Assembly (NCBI GenBank): GCA_026391215.1
Contig: JAPLDX010000013.1
Coordinates: 1 to 10,992 of the forward strand
From: Bacteroidia bacterium
GTDB lineage: Bacteria > Bacteroidota > Bacteroidia > Bacteroidales > VadinHA17
DNA: 10,992 nucleotides
Reading direction: 5' to 3'
Below the pieces are notes generated by a model. That model saw nothing but the letters and a program-made list of their open reading frames with translations, was not told the origin of the DNA and ran no database searches. Below are positions 9,019 through 10,992 of this stretch, piece by piece. Position numbers and translations under genes: made by a program. Each line of letters starts with the position of its first letter. Position 1 is the first letter of the stretch.

Positions 9019-9915
9019 TTATATCTTTTCGGCCACTCTTAATCTTGCGCTTCTGGAGCGGTTGTTCCTTGCAATCTCTTCAGCCCCTGGCGTAATGCTC
9101 TTCCTGGTTATCATCCTGAAAGGTGTTTCGGGATTGCCGTAGAAATCCTTTTTCCCGATGCCCTCAAAATTGCCGGTACGGATGAAGTTCTTCACAACCC
9201 GGTCTTCCAGCGAATGATATGTTATAACAACCAGTCGTCCTCCAATGCTGAACATGTCAAGAGCCTGCAGGAGCATCTCCTTGAGATATTCAAGCTCATG
9301 GTTCACTGAGATCCTGAGAGCCTGGAAAACTTTCGCATAAAATTTATGTTCCTGTTTTGACGGCGTCAGCTTCCCGATCGCCGAAACCAGGTCAGCGGTT
9401 GTCGTTATTGGTTTTTTCTTTCTTGCCGAGACTATTTCCCTGGCTATCTTCCTGGAATTTGTCAGTTCCCCGTACTTGTAGAAAATATCGGCTAGCAATG
9501 ATTCGTCAAGAGTTTGAATGAGATTCGCGGCTGTTAAAGTCCCGCTTTTATTCATCCTCATATCAAGGGGGGCATCATGCCTGAAAGTAAATCCTCGTTC
9601 GGGTTCATCAAACTGGTGAAATGATACTCCCAGATCAGCGATCAGTCCGTCTATTGATTTTATCCCGTTATAAAGAAGGTTATTTTTCAGGAATCTGAAG
9701 TTCTGGTTCAGGAAGATGAGGTTTTTATCGTCAGGGGCATTTTTTGCTGCATCCTCATCCTGGTCAAAAGCTATAAGTTTTCCTGTTGTAAGTCGTTTCA
9801 GAATTTCCATGGAATGCCCTCCTCCGCCGAAGGTTACATCGACATAGGTCCCGTCAGGCCGGATATTCAGCCCTTCGATACTCTCATCCAGCAGTGCGGG
9901 TATATGATAAACCAT
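9019..9915 (-). CDS. rsmH: 16S rRNA (cytosine1402-N4)-methyltransferase RsmH (MraW)
   Basis: Motifs YHIPALLDE, YVDVTFGGGGHS, FDQD, ADLGVSFHQFD, PLDMRM, FQALRI, ITYHSLEDR, NNRSRSARLR. Confidence 0.97.
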   Translation of the reverse strand: MVYHIPALLDESIEGLNIRPDGTYVDVTFGGGGHSMEILKRLTTGKLIAFDQDEDAAKNAPDDKNLIFLNQNFRFLKNNLLYNGIKSIDGLIADLGVSFHQFDEPERGFTFRHDAPLDMRMNKSGTLTAANLIQTLDESLLADIFYKYGELTNSRKIAREIVSARKKKPITTTADLVSAIGKLTPSKQEHKFYAKVFQALRISVNHELEYLKEMLLQALDMFSIGGRLVVITYHSLEDRVVKNFIRTGNFEGIGKKDFYGNPETPFRMITRKSITPGAEEIARNNRSRSARLRVAEKI

Positions 9916-10382
9916 TATTCGTCCGGCTCATTAATACTGCCGCCCATAAGCTTTTCAGCCAGGCTGGCAAAATCTTCTGCAGGCATATCGAGCCTTTCAT
10001 AAACAGCCGCTGCCCAGATTTCTATTCTACCGTCCTGGCCAGCCAGAACAACATCCCTTTCTGCTCCAATGATATCGAGGAGCCTTTTTGGTATCAGCAT
10101 GCGGTTATTACTGTCAAGTGTGAGCTCCGCAGTACCCTTGAAAAAATTCCTCAGGAACATGTTATGTTCGCGATTATAGGGATTCATTTTCTTCCTGATC
10201 TTCAACAGCTGCCTGTTCCAGTCTTCAATCGAATAGAGCACAAGACAGTTTTCGAAGATGTCCTTGCGTACCACAAAATGATCGCATGCATCGGCAGGCA
10301 TCTGCTTCTTAAATGCCATTGGAAGAATGATCCTTCCCTTGACATCAACCTTGCATGCATAATCACCAATAAATGTGGCCAT
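9915..10382 (-). CDS. mraZ: Division/cell wall cluster transcriptional repressor MraZ
   Basis: 155 aa with two SpoVT/AbrB-type repeats (VDVKGRIILP; LDSNNRMLIP) and C-terminal RIEIW. First gene of the cluster, with TAATG stop/start overlap with rsmH. Confidence 0.96.
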   Translation of the reverse strand: MATFIGDYACKVDVKGRIILPMAFKKQMPADACDHFVVRKDIFENCLVLYSIEDWNRQLLKIRKKMNPYNREHNMFLRNFFKGTAELTLDSNNRMLIPKRLLDIIGAERDVVLAGQDGRIEIWAAAVYERLDMPAEDFASLAEKLMGGSINEPDE

Positions 10383-10426
10383 AAACCCTTTTTAGCATAT
10401 AAAAGAGTAAAGTAAGTAAAAAATAT

Positions 10427-10452
10427 CCACTTGCCCCCACTTTACTCCACTT
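10427..10452 (-). promoter_or_regulatory. Putative MraZ operator: three AAGTGG direct repeats with 10-bp period
   Basis: The plus strand has CCACTT at 10427, 10437 and 10447; the minus strand reads AAGTGG-agta-AAGTGG-gggc-AAGTGG, 45-70 nt upstream of the mraZ ATG. This matches the known GTGG/TGGG-type phased repeats bound by MraZ. Confidence 0.8.
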
Positions 10453-10553
10453 TTTTTTAACTCTTTGTTGATAACTTTTGGAGCGGGATTATTGATACAC
10501 CCAAGAGAATCCTCCTCTTCATCAACCTATCCCCAATCCCTTGAGTAAAAAAG

Positions 10554-10659
10554 CCTCATCCCCCTGGCCCCCTTCTCCCAAGAGAGAAGGGGGGAATATA
10601 TTGGTATACAATCATTTAACTCCCCCTCTCTCTTTGGGAGAGGGGGATGGGGGGTGAGG
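10554..10659. repeat. GC-rich nested palindromic intergenic element (two hairpins that are also inverted copies of each other; REP/RIME/CIR-like)
   Basis: Hairpin 1 is CCCCCTTCTC-6nt-GAGAAGGGGG (10568-10593). Hairpin 2 is TCCCCCTCTC-7nt-GAGAGGGGGA (10621-10647). Arm 10554-10595 is an imperfect reverse complement of arm 10621-10659 (outer ends CCTCATCCCCC ... GGGGGGTGAGG), with a 25-nt AT-rich spacer. Confidence 0.8.
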
Positions 10660-10726
10660 TAGAAATGATGAGAGGGGGCCGGAAGTGAGTACAAAAACAT
10701 TTATAACTCTGCAAACAAAATTTCAA

Positions 10727-10734
10727 TAAATTTG
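10727..10734 (+). promoter_or_regulatory. Putative Bacteroidota primary-sigma -7 promoter element (TAnnTTTG) for the acyltransferase gene
   Basis: TAAATTTG is an exact match to TAnnTTTG and ends 26 nt before the ATG at 10761. No perfect -33 TTTG at the expected spacing. Confidence 0.55.
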
Positions 10735-10760
10735 TCCTCTTCAATAAGTACAGGATTATA

Positions 10761-10992
10761 ATGGCAAACCAATCAGACAATAAAGGTATTCTGCAGATTG
10801 ATGTCGGGGACGTCCTCAGATCAAAAAATCCTTCCCTGGCAAAAGTTATTCCATCATTTCTTATCAATTATCTGAAAAGGATCATCCACCAGGATGATAT
10901 CAACGAGATACTGAGCAAATTCGGACACCTTAAGGATTCCGAATTCATCGCGCCGGTACTTGATTTCATGCAGATAAAATATCGGGTTTTCG
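10761..10992 (+). CDS. Lysophospholipid/glycerol acyltransferase-family protein, N-terminal fragment (runs off right edge)
   Basis: Not in the ORF track. My translation is MANQSDNKGILQIDVGDVLRSKNPSLAKVIPSFLINYLKRIIHQDDINEILSKFGHLKDSEFIAPVLDFMQIKYRVF, open to the edge. The pattern IDV..VL.SKNP...IP.FL..YLKRIIHQD.IN resembles, from memory, the N-terminus of Bacteroidota acyltransferases. The catalytic HxxxxD motif is not within the window. Confidence 0.7.
   Translation, partial: MANQSDNKGILQIDVGDVLRSKNPSLAKVIPSFLINYLKRIIHQDDINEILSKFGHLKDSEFIAPVLDFMQIKYRVF

Noticed and set aside
1620-10002. Other short ORFs in the track (e.g. 1620-1871, 1754-2071, 3258-3572, 5123-5533, 5166-5504, 5774-6124, 8285-8578, 8888-9142)
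   Set aside because: All are nested in or antisense to well-supported dcw genes and lack family motifs.
9894-10415. 173-aa plus-strand ORF antisense to mraZ
   Set aside because: Fully overlaps mraZ on the opposite strand and has no recognisable domain.
10406-10419. Short AGTAA tandem repeats just upstream of the mraZ start
   Set aside because: Too short and low-complexity in AT-rich leader sequence to support a function.
10568-10647. Hairpins as Rho-independent terminators or a CRISPR remnant
   Set aside because: They lie between divergent gene starts and lack U-tracts directly after the stems. The two units are inverted rather than direct repeats, there is no spacer array, and there are no cas genes.
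10383-10760. A minus-strand TAnnTTTG promoter for the dcw operon
   Set aside because: I found only partial matches (around 10692-10720) and no exact consensus, so the dcw promoter was not called.
10616-10867. 83-aa minus-strand ORF upstream of mraZ
   Set aside because: Antisense to the acyltransferase start and runs into the palindromic repeat; its C-terminus (PPIPLSQRERG) is simply a translation of the repeat.

Overview
A largely housekeeping window containing the division and cell wall (dcw) operon of a Bacteroidota (probably Bacteroidales-like) bacterium on the minus strand: mraZ-rsmH-ftsL-ftsI-murE-mraY-murD-ftsW-murG-murC (murC is cut by the left edge, and murF is absent from this stretch). 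A divergent lipid acyltransferase gene starts at 10761 on the plus strand and is cut by the right edge. I found no convincing novel multi-gene system. The main points of interest are: (1) the normally essential murD has an in-frame TGA at codon 9, at the conserved Gly of its GxGxxG loop, so the ORF track mis-starts the gene; (2) several other unusual residues at conserved sites are each one G:C->T:A change from the family-typical codon, which suggests consensus or DNA-damage errors, or early decay; (3) the mraZ upstream region holds three GTGG repeats at 10-bp spacing (MraZ operator), a DnaA-box-like 9-mer, and a ~106-bp GC-rich nested palindromic element.
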